From NCBI GenBank assembly GCA_051294375.1, contig JBJCIZ010000744.1, positions 1,807,252 through 1,871,251 on the forward strand: DNA of 64,000 nt, read 5' to 3'. The notes under the pieces are model-generated. The model was not told the origin of the DNA. It saw only the letters and a program-made list of their open reading frames with translations, and did no database searches. The translations under genes and the position numbers were made by a program. This document shows positions 1-14,491 of the stretch, one piece after another (position 1 is the stretch's first letter; every line of letters starts with the position of its first letter). Source of the stretch: Paraspadella gotoi. Its lineage: Eukaryota; Animalia; Chaetognatha.

Positions 1-163
1 TTTACACTTTTACTTTCCACATCCCATTTTTCGATATCTCCTTTTTTCTTTCTACTCCGCTCCGCCTTCTCGTCGAACCATTAGACTATTTTTGCAAACT
101 TTTCCCGATTTTATTTTGTTTCCGTCGACGTCGTCCATAGGAGTTTGATTCGTCGCGTTGAAG

Positions 164-197
<34 letters not shown>

Positions 198-730
198 NNN
201 NNNNNNNNNNNNNNNNNNNNNNNNNNNNNNNNNNNNNNNNNNNNNNNNNNNNNNNNNNNNNNNNNNNNNNNNNNNNNNNNNNNNNNNNNNNNNNNNNNNN
301 NNNNNNNNNNNNNNNNNNNNNNNNNNNNNNNNNNNNNNNNNNNNNNNNNNNNNNNNNNNNNNNNNNNNNNNNNNNNNNNNNNNNNNNNNNNNNNNNNNNN
401 NNNNNNNNTCTCTCTCTCGTCGGCATTTCGATTTTATTCCTTTTATCTTTATCGATCATCGAGAAAGATACTCATTTTTCCGTGAAAGCCGCCGCCAGCC
501 GCCGCCATTCCCCCAATTCGCCGCCCCTTCCACGCGCCGATGCCTTTGATCCTTCTCCGCTCCTCCTCCTCCTCCTCCTACTCCTCCTTCCCCCTCCCTC
601 CTCCCACGCTTTCTCTTTAATCCCTCTTCCTCCTCCTCCTCCTCCTCCTCCTCATACTCCCTTCGCGGTTGCCCATAATTGTCCCGTCCCCCGATGACTG
701 CATTCAAAACTCCGTATCTGTCTTTTCAAA

Positions 731-788
<58 letters not shown>

Positions 789-1369
789 ATATAAGTTTGT
801 CTTTTTCTCTTGAGGTCACGTGACCTTTTTTGCAAGAGACACAGGTTTTTATAGTTTAGATGTATATTGTATAATGTATATTGTTTAATGTTTGCGCAAG
901 ATAAGATAATTGATTATAAAATATTCAATTTTTTTCTTTGAGAATAAAGAATGAAGAATAATAAAACTTAAGAAGTGAAGCTAAGTTAGCTAAAAAAAAA
1001 ATGGAAACAATCTTTCAATTTAAATTTCATGAAATGCAGTTTTTGTTTTATTTAAAAACTTTGATTTAAATTTCCAAACTGTCGCTCGTTTCAAGCAGAG
1101 AGAAGTTTTTGGAGTTTTTTCCCCCCTTTTAGTTTTTCAGATTTTTTTTTGTCTTTGTCTTCTTCGTTGATGGTTGCATTTCTCATTAATTGCAGATTCC
1201 ATATTCCAGTTGGTCTCTTACTTCATTTGCTTTTTTTTTNNNNNNNNNNNNNNNNNNNNNNNNNNNNNNNNNNNNNNNNNNNNNNNNNNNNNNNNNNNNA
1301 TTTAATTGTCGGGCCTTCCTGGCTCCACTGAAGCCGACATAATTCCCGCATTCCTCTCTCCTCGTCTCT

Positions 1370-1404
<35 letters not shown>

Positions 1405-2314
1405 GTAGTTTCATTTTTTCCGCCTCTTTTGTCATTTTTTTTCTTTTACGATTTTTTTTCCTTTCACCGATTTCCGCCAGAGGGCTCCGCGCTTTCTTGT
1501 CTTTTGTTTCTTTTTTTTTCTGTTTATTTTATTTTATTTTTTTTTGCCTCTAAAGTTTATCTTTGGTTCATTATTGGTTTCATCGTTTGCAAACGTTCGT
1601 ATCTTTATTATTCTTTTTTTGCAGATGCTTCCTGTGAAACATAAGTTTTTGTTTAAACGTAAATTTTTTTTGTCGATGTGTTTATTTTTAAAAATGTGAC
1701 AATACTGACTAAAGTATAATGGGAAGCGGCTGAAATTCCGTTTGTATTCGTTTTTGTATTGAACGATTCTCTGTCTCTTTTTATGTCAGTGATTATTTTC
1801 TCATCGTTGAACCGAAGAAAACAAACAGAGTTTTTTCAGCGTCGAACTTATTTTCAAATCCCTTTCTTTTTTCCTTACCTTTTAACCTTTTAACCTTTCT
1901 TGTTCCTTCCCTCATCAGTTGCCTTTCATTGCTTAAGTTAATTTCTTTCTTCTCTCAATATATTTCTTTAAGTATTTTTGTTTTAATATCTTCTTCATAA
2001 TTTTTTTTCTTTCTTAATTCTTTCTTTCTTTTTCTTTTTTATATTCTCATCTTTCTCTTGATAAGCGTCTTTCTGTTAGCTAATGTCCCTTTGTTATCTT
2101 TTCATTTTCTTACTTCTTTTGGGTCACTCGTTCGGTCAGCCACCGTTTCAATTTTTCTGCCCTCGTTCCACTCTCTCTCTCTCNNNNNNNNNNNNNNNNN
2201 NNNNNNNNNNNNNNNNNNNNNNNNNNNNNNNNNNNNNNNNNNNNNNNNNNNNNNNNNNNNNNNNNNNNNNNNNNNNNNNNNNNNNNNNNNNNNNNNNNNN
2301 NNNNNNNNNNNNNN

Positions 2315-2352
<38 letters not shown>

Positions 2353-2424
2353 AAGTATTTTCTTTGTCTTTTTCTTTCTTCCCACTTACCCTTTTCTTCT
2401 TGCTATCGTTCTCTCTCTTTTCTC

Positions 2425-2671
2425 TATGAAATTGGTACAACCAATATAAAAAATATCCATTCATTTAATGAATAAGCTATCTTGCCCTTGACTTTGGATA
2501 GGCTTTGGTGGTTTAAGGCCTCTATCACTCTTACAAGATAATGAAATAGCAGGTCCCTGCAAGCTTTCAATCCAGACTTTCTCACAGACTCGTTTATTCA
2601 CTCCCTATCAATGAAGTGGTTTCATATTTCAAAGAATGTTTCAATTGTATGAAAAGACCACTCCCTTAAGT
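2425..2671 (+). mobile_element. Dispersed ~250 bp repeat, family B (unclassified SINE/MITE-like)
   Basis: AATAAGCTATCTTGCCCTTGACTTTGG...GGTGGTTTAAGGCCTC...CACTCTTACAAGATAATGAAATAGC recurs at ~28395 and, inverted, at ~32770. Confidence 0.75.
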
Positions 2672-2821
2672 ACGTAAACTTTTCCACCCTTTCCTTTTTT
2701 TTAAACTTTGACCTCTCTTTACCTTTCTTTACCTCTCTTTACACTTAATAGTTTCTGCCTTCTTAATTTTTTTCTACTCTTCTTTCTTCATTCCCCATCG
2801 CCTTTTATTTCTTAATTCCTT

Positions 2822-2859
<38 letters not shown>

Positions 2860-4138
2860 AAAAGGGAAACAGAGGACGAAGGACGAAGGAGACAGAAGAG
2901 GAGAGAAGAGACGANNNNNNNNNNNNNNNNNNNNNNNNNNNNNNNNNNNNNNNNNNNNNNNNNNNNNNNNNNNNNNNNNNNNNNNNNNNNNNNNNNNNNN
3001 NNNNNNNNNNNNNNNNNNNNNNNNNNNNNNNNNNNNNNNNNNNNNNNNNNNNNNNNNNNNNNNNNNNNNNNNNNNNNNNNNNNNTTGGTTTAGTTGTAAC
3101 GAGCGTCGACCGCAGAGCCTTTCGGGCCGCATGGAATGCCCACGAGACATTCCCGAGCAAGAAGAGAGAGAGAGAGAGAGANNNNNNNNNNNNNNNNNNN
3201 NNNNNNNNNNNNNNNNNNNNNNNNNNNNNNNNNNNNNNNNNNNNNNNNNNNNNNNNNNNNNNNNNNNNNNNNNNNNNNNNNNNNNNNNNNNNNNNNNNNN
3301 NNNNNNNNNNNNNNNNNNNNNNNNNNNNNNNNNNNNNNNNNNNNNNNNNNNNNNNNNNNNNNNNNNNNNNNNNNNNNNNNNNNNNNNNNNNNNNNNNNNN
3401 NNNNNNNNNNNNNNNNNNNNNNNNNNNNNNNNNNNNNNNNNNNNNNNNNNNNNNNNNNNNNNNNNNNNNNNNNNNNNNNNNNNNNNNNNNNNNNNNNNNN
3501 NNNNNNNNNNNNNNNNNNNNNNNNNNNNNNNNNNNNNNNNNNNNNNNNNNNNNNNNNNNNNNNNNNNNNNNNNNNNNNNNNNNNNNNNNNNNNNNNNNNN
3601 NNNNNNNNNNNNNNNNNNNNNNNNNNNNNNNNNNNNNNNNNNNNNNNNNNNNNNNNNNNNNNNNNNNNNNNNNNNNNNNNNNNNNNNNNNNNNNNNNNNN
3701 NNNNNNNNNNNNNNNNNNNNNNNNNNNNNNNNNNNNNNNNNNNNNNNNNNNNNNNNNNNNNNNNNNNNNNNNNNNNNNNNNNNNNNNNNNNNNNNNNNNN
3801 NNNNNNNNNNNNNNNNNNNNNNNNNNNNNNNNNNNNNNNNNNNNNNNNNNNNNNNNNNNNNNNNNNNNNNNNNNNNNNTTTTTTTTGTGCAAACAAAGAG
3901 ACACCATTGATTTTCTCCTGTTTTTGACCCTCCTTGTCGTTGTCGTTGTTGTCGTTGTCGTTGTTGTGGTTCGTCTCTTTTTTCTTTCTTTTTCTTCTTC
4001 TTCTTTCTTTTTTTCATTGCGTTTGCAGTGTGCGTTGTTGTTGTTGTTGTCGCTGTTGGTTTTCGCTAAATCCGTTTGAGCGTCGAGTCAATGTCGCTTC
4101 AAGTTTTCGTCACTTTGGATATGTGCGATCGTGTTTGC

Positions 4139-4183
<45 letters not shown>

Positions 4184-4786
4184 TCTCCCGTTCACTCTTT
4201 AAAACCCTCAAACCATCTTCCTCCTCTTCCACCGTCATCAATGGTCTGGCAACCTTGCAGAAATCGCCCCCCACGGCCCACGGCTAATTCAATTCATCGC
4301 CCGCATATTGTTGCCTTTTAAAGCGACCAAACGGCGCGGTTGGTTGACGGACGGCGCTGGAGCGAAAAGAGTTTCGATGGAAGGAAGCGCATCGGACTGG
4401 AGCGAAAAAAAAAACTGCAATAAGAGCGAAGAGATTTCGTTGGAGCCTAAGATATTATCATAAAGAGTTTCAATGAGAAAATTAAACAGGAGCAAATAGA
4501 ATTCTAGAAAAGAGTTGCAAGAGAAAAAAAAGATGGAATCATAGGTAAAGTTCTCAAAGAGTTGTAATACCTCACGTCGAATAAAAGTCACTATTATAAT
4601 TAAAAAAAAAATTAAAAACTTCAAAAAGAATTGCAATAGGAGCAAACAGAGGAGCGGCAAAAAAGAAAACTCCACTGGAGCGGAAGGACGGGAATGGAGT
4701 AAAAGAGTAAACTCCTATAGAATCGCAATCGAGCACCAATGTAACGAACATAAAGGACGAAAAAAAGTTGCAATGGGAGCGAATGG

Positions 4787-4817
<31 letters not shown>

Positions 4818-5127
4818 TCCTGCGGTCGTTGGAATCGGGGACGCCGCTGGCATCGGCACCGATAACGGACGGCGCCGGCGGCATCGGCAGCGTTTCCGTG
4901 TCCCGCCCATCTCGATTTTTTCTGCTGCTGTCATCAGTTTCGATTCGGCGGCGGCGGCGGCGGCGGCGGCAAACCGTCCCCGCGTCTATTTTTGTTTTAT
5001 TTCCCTAAAGTATTTGTTTTATTTGTTTTATTTGTTTTATCCGGATACAAAATTCGTCCCTCGTCCCCCGACTTTACCTCCACTGGCAATTGCTCGTGAC
5101 TTGTCTCCCCAAACGCGGTTCTACGAT

Positions 5128-5490
5128 CCCCGGATCTCCTTATCCCCGGATCTCCCTATCCCCGGATCTCCCAATCCCCGGATCTCCCAATCCCCGGACA
5201 TTCAAACCTCGGTTCTAAATTCCCCGAATCAACGTAAATATCTGGTGTCCTGATCCCCTATGTCCTGATCCCCGATGTCCTGATCCCCTATGTCCTGATC
5301 CCTGATGTCCTGATCCCCGATGTCTGAATCTCCAGATTCACAGATCTGCAAACAGCGGATCTCGGATCTGCAACCATCTGGATTCCCTGATTCCCGAAAT
5401 TTCGAATTCCCCAGATTTCTGATCCCCAGATTTCTGATCCCCAGTTTTCTGATACCAAGATTTCTGATCCCCAGATTTCTGATCCCCAGA
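5128..5490. repeat. Three adjacent 15-bp minisatellites (CCCGGATCTCCCAAT; TGTCCTGATCCCCGA; CCCAGATTTCTGATC)
   Basis: Directly visible periodicity; they produce the GIRNL and DQDIG repeat ORFs. Confidence 0.9.
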
Positions 5491-6315
5491 TATTCAAATT
5501 CTCGGTTTTCGATTTCTTTTTTTCCTGTTAAGCGACGCTTTTCGAAAATAAGCAAATGATTGTTCTTAGTTTTGGAATTGAAGCAGAAATTGTATTTATT
5601 CTTATTTAATTATTTCCTAATCGTTTAATTTTAAATTTATTATAGCATGCGGTTGTTAAAATTGTCTTTTTTTTTGTTTTCATCTTCACAATTGACGGCC
5701 GACTATTGCATTGGCCGATGGTCGAGGGGGGGGCTGTTGGTCCTCATCCGTTGATGACATGCAATTGCGACACCAAGAGAAATCAGAACGGAAAACGCGA
5801 CAATGATTTTCCACTTTTCCTCATTTTTTTTTCTTTCTCTTCTGCGAGCGAAGGTCTGAAGATGATGATGATGACGACGACGACGACGACGACCTCGTTC
5901 ACAAATTACACGTTTTTCAATTTCCAATAGTTCTATGTTTCTATGTTCTATGTTCTATGTTTTTATGTTTCTATGTTTCTATGTTTCATGTTTCTATGTT
6001 CTATGTTTCCATATTCTATGTCCACCAGTTTTGATGATCTCATATTCAAAAGTTTCCATACAATCGATCGACCAAGTCCACAGTTTTTCATGATCTCGAG
6101 AAAGCGAGGGACTCACAAGACGCCTTTACCGCTTTTCGCCGCCGTTCGCCGCAATTTTTCGCCATTCGCCGCCATTCGCTGCCATTCGATGCCATTCGCT
6201 GCCTTTCGCCGCCATTCGCCGCTTCGATTATTTTTTACGACGTCTTTTGTTTTGTCTTCGACGCAAATAAAGTATTTCTCGCGATGCCACCTTTTCTCTC
6301 TCTCTCTCCTCTCTT

Positions 6316-6369
<54 letters not shown>

Positions 6370-6823
6370 CCCTCTCTTGGCAGAGAGACAGAAACAAGGA
6401 CAAAAAATCAAATATTCTGATTTCGCATAAACAAAAGTGGAAAGAAAAACAAAAGTGGAGCAAAATCTCACCAATGATTTTCACGAAGACGCGACGGAGC
6501 GTTGCTAGGCAACGGATGAGCCGTTCGTCAGTCTATTCGTTTGGTCAGTCTGTCCGTAGGTCAGTCCGTCAGTAAATCGGCCCGTCAGTGATTAAATTTT
6601 ATAAAATTGAAAAAAATAAAATTAATTGCATTAGTTTCCTTGCTTCTCATTCGTAAATACCATTTTTCCCCCTTTTTCCCATTNNNNNNNNNNTTTTTTT
6701 TTAATAATACTATTTTTTTTCATTTAAAAATTTGTAAATTTTATAATTAATCTTAGTACAATTCAGCGTTGTCGGGATCGACCGTCTGGGAGCGGAGAGA
6801 GAAAAAGACACAATAGTAAGACT

Positions 6824-6877
<54 letters not shown>

Positions 6878-9197
6878 GAGAGAGAGAGAGTAATGAAGCG
6901 CTTCAAATGACGTAAAAATGACAGAGAATGAAATCGTTTTCTCTCGATGATGAAGAGAAGTTGGGAAATGGGGAAAGGAAAAGGTCGCCAGCGACGACGA
7001 CGACGACGACCACGACGACTGACGACGACTAAGATGATGGTAAAGAGGAGAAGAAAAATGCCATTTAAGTCGCTGATGTTGCCATTAGATGCGCGTCTAT
7101 GGTAACTTTGAAAACAGGCGAGATCAAATAACGGTCGGCTTTTTATATTTCTATACTCGTGCGATCTAATGTGAGGGGTTATTTTTCACAATAGAAACGG
7201 TTAATAAAAATTATATTATATTATTCATTGATAGGAAAGCCAGTTACTCTGAGAGACAGTCTTGATTGAAAACTTTCAGGGTCGTGCTAAGTTAATACCG
7301 TCCGAACAAACTCAAAGTGTATGAATTGGGAACAATCAAGCAAAAATTATCCATTCGATTAAACATAACAAACTCGCCTCAATATAGAAAATGAATAAAT
7401 AAATATATATAAATATTAATTCATAATAAAAAATAAAATGAATGAAATAAAATAAAATGAATTGAATGAAATGAAATAAATTGATAATAATAACATAATA
7501 ATAACAGATAAATACAGAATTAGGGTTGGTAACGCTCAACGGTAAGTAAATGGTTACGTGGGTGAGGAACTTTCCTCCACTAAACGGGTGAGTGGTGAGA
7601 TTCACCAGTGGTGAATGGTAAGTTCGACGTCGTCATCGTCGTCGTCGTCTTTTGAGTCACTACAATTTCTCCATTTTAGTTTTCCCTCTTAATGTTTATT
7701 TTTATTGTCTTATTCTGACTAAAATCCTCCCAGCAAAACAAACTACAACAACAACAACAACAGACCCCAAATGTCGTATTTTGTTTTGATTCTCCCCCCC
7801 AAGTTGTTTTTTTATGAGTAACGAGAGCGCCCCCCCCCGCCGCTGAATTTAAGCTGGGTTGGCATTTTTAGTTTTTGGCGAAATATTCTAGAAATGTTGA
7901 GATGAGTCAACGGTAAGAATATTTTGGTTTTACGAGTTTTTGTTGGATTTAGTAGAGGCGGAAGAGGAGAGAGCCGGAATAAGAGCCGGAATGCCGGTGT
8001 TTTGGGGGAGAAAGTGCCGGAAAGAGAAAGTTCCGGAAAGAGAAAGTNNNNNNNNNNNNNNNNNNNNNNNNNGGATCTCGCCAATCCCCGGATCTCCCAA
8101 TCCCCGGACATTCAAACCTCGGTTCTAAATTCCCGAATCAACGTAAATATCTGGTGTCCTGATCCCCTATTCCTGATCCCGATGTCTGATCCCCTATGTC
8201 CTGATCCCTGATGTCCTGATCCCCGATGTCTGAATCCTCCAGATTCACAGATCTGCAAACAGCGGATCTCGGGATCTGCAACCATCTGGATTCCCTGATT
8301 CCGAAATTTCGAATCCCCAGATTTCTTGATCCCCAGATTTCTGATCCCCAGTTTTTCTGATACCAAGATTTCTGATCCCGAGATTTCTGATCCCCAGATA
8401 TTCAAATTCTCGGTTTTCGATTTCTTTTTTTCCTGTTAAGCGACCGCTTTTTCGAAATAAGCAAATGATTGTTCTTAGTTTTGGATTGAAGCAGAAATTG
8501 TATGTTATTTCTTATTTAATTATTTCCTAATCGTTTTTAATTTTAAATTTATTATAGCATGCGGTTGTTAAAATTGTCTTTTTTTTTTGTTTCATCTTCA
8601 CAATTTGACGGCGACTATGCATTGGCCGATGGTCGAGGGGGGGGGCTGTTGTCCTCATCCGTTGATGACATGCAATTGCGACACCAAGAGAAATCAGAAC
8701 GGAAAACGCGACAATATTTCACTTTTCCCCATTTTTTTTTCTTTTCTCCTTCTGCGAGCGAAGGGTCTGAAGATGATGATGATGACGACGACGACGACGA
8801 CGACCTCGTTCACAAATTACACGTTTTTCAATTTCCAATAGTTCTATGTTTCTATGTTCTATGTTTTTATTGTTTCTATGTCTATGTTTCTATGTTTCTA
8901 TGGTTCTATGTTTCCCATATCTATGTCCACCAGTTTTGATGAATCTCAATTCAAAAGTTTCCATACAATCGATCGACCAAGTCCACAGTTTTTCATGTTA
9001 TCAAGATCTCGAGAAAGCGAGGGACTCACAAGACGCCTTCACGCTTTTTCGCCGCCGTTCGCCGTCATTTTTCGCCATTCGCTGCCATGCGATGCCCATT
9101 GCTGCCTTTCCCGCCATTCGCGGCTCTTCGAATTATTTTTTACGACGTCTTTGTTTTGTCTGCGACGCAAATAAAGTATTTCTCCGCGATGCCTTTT

Positions 9198-9271
<74 letters not shown>

Positions 9272-10935
9272 CCTCTGCAGAGAAACAAGGACAAAAAATC
9301 AAATATTCTGATTTCGCATAAACAAAAGTGGGAAGAAAAACAAAAGTGGAGCAAAATCTCACCATCATTTTCACGGACTCGACGGAGCGTTGCTAGGCAC
9401 GGGATGAGCCGTTCGTCAGGTGTATTCGTTTGGTCGCGTCTGTCCGTAGGTCAGTCCGTCAGTAAATCGGCCCGTCAGTGATTAAATTGTTATACAAATT
9501 GGAAAAAAAAAAAATTAATTGCATTAGTTTCCTTGCTTCTGCATCGTAAAGTTCACCATTTTTCCCCCTTTTTCCCATTTTGCAATTCCTTTTTTTAATA
9601 TAACTATTTTTATTGTATTTAAATTGGTGGTAAATTTATAATTTAATCTTAGTACAAATTCAGCCGATTTGTCGGGATCGACGTCTGGGAGCGGAGAGAG
9701 AGATAAAGCGAGAGAGAGAGAGAACGAGATCTGAAGAGGAGAGAGAGAGAGGAGAGATGAGAGAGACGGGAGGAAGAGGAGGAGTAGTACCATGAAGCGC
9801 TTCAAATGACGTAAAAAATGACAGAGAATGAAATCGTTTTCTCTCGATGAGAAGAGAAAAGTGGGAAATGGGGAAAGGAAAAGGTCGCCAGCGACGACGA
9901 CGACGACGACGACGACGACCACGACGACTGACGACGATAAGATGATGGTAAAGAGGAGAAGAAAAATGCCATTTAAGTCGCTGATGTTGCCATTAGAATG
10001 CGCGTCTATGGTAACTATTGAAAAAATCAGGCAGATCAAATGACGGTCTGCTTCTTATATTTCTATGCTCGTGCGATCGTGAGGGTTATTTTTCACAATA
10101 GAAACGGTTAATAAAATTTTTATTACTACTTCTTTGATAGGAAAGCCAGTTACCCTGAGAGACAGTCTTGATGAAACTTTCAGGGTCGTGCTAAGTTAAT
10201 ACCGTCCGAAACAAACTCAAGTGTATGATTGGGAACAATCAAGCAAAAGAAGCGATGTGCACTTAAACTATAACAAACTCGCCTCAATATAGAAAATGAA
10301 TAATAACCATATATTATAATATTAATTCATGAATAAAAAATAAAATGAATGAAATAAAATAAAAATGAATGAAATGAAATAAATTGATAATAATAACACA
10401 TAAATAATAAAAGATAAATACAGAAATTTAGGGTTGGTAAACGCTCCAACGGGTAAGTAAATGGTTACGTGGGTGAGGAACTTTCTCCACTAACGGGTGA
10501 GTGGTGAGATTCACCAGTGGTGAATTGGTAAGTCGACGTCGTCATCGGTCGTCGGCGTCTTTTGAGTCTCTACAATCCTCATTAGTTCTATTATGTTCTT
10601 ATTCTGACTAAATTCCTCCCAGCAAAACAAACTACAACAACAACAACAACAGACCCCAAATGTCGTATTTTGTTTTGATTCTCCCCCCCAAGTTGTTTTT
10701 TTATGAGTAACGAGAGCGCCCCCCCCCGCCGCTGAATTTAAGCTGGGTTGGCATTTTTAGTTTTTGGCGAAATATTCTAGAATGTTGAGATGAGTCAACG
10801 GTAAGAATATTTTGGTTTTACGAGTTTTTGGATTTAGTAGAGGCGGAAGAGGAGAGAGCCGGAATAAGAGCCGGAAAATGCCGGTGTTTTGGGGGGAGAA
10901 AGGCCGGAAAGAGGAAAGTTCCGGAAAGAGAAAGT
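5164..10935. repeat. ~2.9 kb tandem duplication (5164-8047 vs 8073-~10935), probably an assembly artefact
   Basis: The second copy starts right after an N gap and differs mostly by scattered 1-nt indels, typical of uncorrected long-read fill. Confidence 0.9.
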
Positions 10936-11150
10936 GCCGGAAAGAGAAAGGTTCCGGAAAGAGAAAGTGTCGGAAAAGAAAGTACCAGAAATTGAAAGTT
11001 CCGGAAAGAGAAAGTGCCGGAAGAGAAAGTCTGAAAGAGAAAGTGCCGGAAGGAGAAGTGCCGGAAAGAGAAGTGCTGAAAAGAGAAAGTGCCGCGGAAA
11101 GAGAAAGTGCCGGAAAGAGAAAGTGCCGGAAAGAGAAAGTGCCGGAAAGG
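10900..11150. repeat. ~15-16 bp minisatellite (AGAAAGTGCCGGAAAG)n
   Basis: Directly visible tandem units. Confidence 0.9.
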
Positions 11151-11230
11151 CGGCGAAGGAAACAAGTTTGCCGAAGGAAGAATACCGAGAAGTCGACGTT
11201 GATCGAGTCCGTAAAAAAAGCTGCTTTTTT

Positions 11231-11615
11231 TATGTTGCGCCGCGAGTATTCGCGGAGCAACTCTATAAGTCACTTTTCGGTCGGTCTGTCGGTCTGTCTC
11301 TCTGTCTGTCGGTCGGTTTGTTTGTCCGTCGGTCTGTCTCAATTACCCTAAAAATGCATATAATTCGCCTATAGTTGGTTGATCATTTGTTAAGACTGAA
11401 TAACACCTCAAATCTAAGTGACTGCTCGCGCCCCCTTCAGGAAATCCTAAAACTATAAGGAATAAAAGACGGAAATTCGATGCAGTGCATACATATGAAA
11501 AGTTTTTTTTAGTCATGTCATGTCATGTCATGTGATGACATATCATGTGATCAAAGATAAATACTCGTGAAAATAAAGTTACTGCGGCGCAACACATTGG
11601 AATCACCGTTCTTGT
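11231..11615 (+). mobile_element. DINE-1/HINE-like non-autonomous Helentron element, family A, apparently full length
   Basis: T-rich flank, then 5' subterminal repeat TGTTGCGCCGC (11233-11243) folding with the adjacent CGCGGAGCAAC. Followed by an ACTCTATAAGTCACTTTTCGGTC box, a GTCG/CTGT microsatellite, a conserved core, and the inverted copy GCGGCGCAACA (11584-11594) about 20 nt from the end. Four more copies occur in the window. Confidence 0.7.
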
Positions 11616-12108
11616 CTAGATATGATAGGCTTCAGTTTAATTTACTTATGAACTTTCTTAATACTTATCTTATGAACTTTTCATGTCTACATATATCTCT
11701 TCTCTAGGCCCCTTACCTCTCAACGTTATCTCGCTCTTTTCCACCCCCTCAACCCGACCTTCCACATCCTTCAGCCTCAACTCATAACCCCTCCCTCTCC
11801 TTCAAACTTTCATCCTCGCTTCTCTTAAAAATTCGACGAAAAAAGCGAAAACGCGAAAACTGCAGCAGTACCGCTGCGTCGTGTTGCTGTTTACTGCGGC
11901 TGCTGGTTTCGCTGTCGGCCGCTTCCGATTTCCGGCGCTGTTGTTTGTTTGTTTGTTTGTTTGTTTTTCTTTGCTACGTTTGGAACAGAGCGTCAGCGGT
12001 GAAGACGACTTCATCTGTCCGGAAATTGCCCAATGCCCATGTTCCTTTATGACCATCTGGCCTCAATAGTGGTCTGACCTGGAAATACTCCAAATAATAA
12101 TAATAATT

Positions 12109-12147
<39 letters not shown>

Positions 12148-12717
12148 TTATCTTCATTTTACCACTAAATTCAAACAACACAAATTCACGACCAATTGTA
12201 ATGCGTTTGGGTGCTGCTGTCAGATCCAGTTATAGAACGTCTTTTTTTGCTATTATTTTTTTTTAGTTTTACTTTTATGTAGAACAGAATATTTCGAAGA
12301 GTTCTGCCTTAATCAAAGGTGAATAAATATTTTTGTTCTGGTATGTTTAATTGTTTAATTGTTTATTTATTTATTTACGAATGGAAAGAAAACATTGAAA
12401 CATTGAAACCAACAGCCACAAACTCCATAGTTAGAGAAAAGTAATAAAAAAAAAAAATTNNNNNNNNNNAATTTCTAAAAAATGTTTCTCTCCCCACCAT
12501 CCCCTTAAAAACCATCCCACCCACCTCCGCCCCCCTTCTCCGACTTAGATGCCGTCGCCAGATTCGCGTTTTATCGTCGCCTTCATCTTGATTCTGGTTC
12601 CATCTCTCCACTTGAGCGAGAGAGAGAGAGAGATAGAGAGAGAGAGGGAGAGAGAGAGAGAAGAGAGGAGGGACTGATTCATCAATTTTTGGTTGGCTTA
12701 CTTGACTTTCTTCCTCC

Positions 12718-12772
<55 letters not shown>

Positions 12773-13089
12773 GATTCCAAATTAGATTATGGTTCCGCAG
12801 AACGCGAAATTTTCAGCGAGAAGTGAAACCTGTTACGTTTCATTCTTTTAATTGATTCTAAAAATGAATATTTATAATACTATTAATAATAATAATAATA
12901 TTAATAATAATTCTATTATTAAAAGGAAAAAATTCAAGGAGGACAATTTTTAGTATCTCGTTTTCCTCGTTGTTGTTCTTGTTTTCGTCGTAGTTGTTGT
13001 TGTTGTTGTAGTCATTGTCGTCGTTGTTGTTACGGTCCTTTAATAAAGCGATTATTTTTCCCGTGTATTTCCGTGAATTTTCAACACGT

Positions 13090-13313
13090 ACTGCACTGGA
13101 TTCTTTTCTTTTATTTTTTTATAGTTTATGACATTTCTTTAAAAACTAAAGGCGGCGCTAGCAGTCGCTTGGATTTTAGGTTTGTTCCTGTCATAACAAA
13201 CGAGCAAGCATGAGCGAGTTTTGAATTTTCTTAACATAAGTTGGACAGACCGACCGACAGACAGACCGACAGACCGACAGACCGACCGAAAAGTGTCTTA
13301 TCGCGGCGCAACT
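13090..13313 (-). mobile_element. HINE-like family A, degenerate/truncated copy
   Basis: Reverse complement matches the family A core (GGCGGCGCTAGCAGTC, GACAGACCGAC microsatellite, CCGAAAAGTG, GCGGCGCAAC). Confidence 0.65.
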
Positions 13314-14414
13314 GATAAAAGTCAGACGGTACGAATTTTTTTGTCGCCTTAAATCGCAAACGATTTTGTTCGTCTTTGCGCAAACAAGTTATTTCCTCTC
13401 CACTCGAGGTGCTCTCCCTTTTTTCTTCATTCCCCACAGCCTTATTAATCCTTTCCTTTCTTTTCTTTTTTCCTTTCTTCTCTTTTTTCCTTTCTTTTCT
13501 TTTTTTCCTTGCTTTTCTATTTTCCTTTCTTTTCTTTTTTCCTTTCTCTTCTTTTTTTTCTTTTCTTTTTTCCTTTCTTTTATTTTTTCCTTTCTTTTCT
13601 TTTTTCCTTTCCTTTTCTTTTTCCCTCCTCTTTCCCTTTCTGCCATTTCATTATCTCGGGCGACGGTTTATCAATTTTCGATTTCTTTCCTTCCTTGCAA
13701 ACCNNNNNNNNNNCTCTCTGTCTCTCTCTCCTGCCGCTCTTCTCTCTCTATTGAGAACAGTATTAAACACGGTATTAAATACTTAAGTAAAGTGTTGTAA
13801 AAAAGGCACTTAACATATTGCAAAATAGTATAGTCTATATAGTCAAGAATAATTCTACCAAGTTTATAACGAATCTTGTTTTTTCTCTGTCCTCAAAAAT
13901 ATTATCATTATCAAGAGCTGATTTACAACGAGCCCTGCTTTTTGCTTTTTGCTTTTTTCCCCGAAATTTCATTGCTCGTGTCATTTTTTTTAAATTTAAA
14001 AAATTATTATTGAGAAAAAAAAAATAATGTTTACTTATTCGAAAAAGATTTTAAGTTAAGAACGAAATTATATAAGGCCATCACTAATAAATTATTATAA
14101 GTTTGAAACTTTCTTCGCTCAGAAATTTCCCTTTGCGCTTTTGCGATCCATTATTCCCGGTCCCAAAAAAAAAGAAAAAAAAAAGAGATTTGTGTCACCT
14201 TTAAAACGAGGGACCCAACCTTATTTTCCGAGACTCAGACGAAACAGGTCAACTGTCGTTTTATGTTTTGGTTTTTTTTTTTAAACTCTCAGAAAAGATA
14301 TTTTCCATTGTACTAAAAAAAGCATAAAAAACCCCCCCAAAAAAAACCAAAAACTGCGACACTCACACAAGTTTTCTTTTAAATACAATAGAAGTCCTTT
14401 TAAAGTCTCTCTCT

Positions 14415-14491
<77 letters not shown>

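Noticed and set aside
2812-4017. 401-aa ORF and other X-filled ORFs
   Set aside because: Consist mostly of N gaps.
5229-5559. Pentapeptide-repeat ORFs (GIRNL, DQDIG, GSEIW)
   Set aside because: Produced by 15-bp minisatellites that are open in several frames on both strands.
10757-11374. Overlapping 160-180 aa ORFs
   Set aside because: Arise from the AGAAAGTGCCGGAAAG minisatellite plus the start of a HINE copy.
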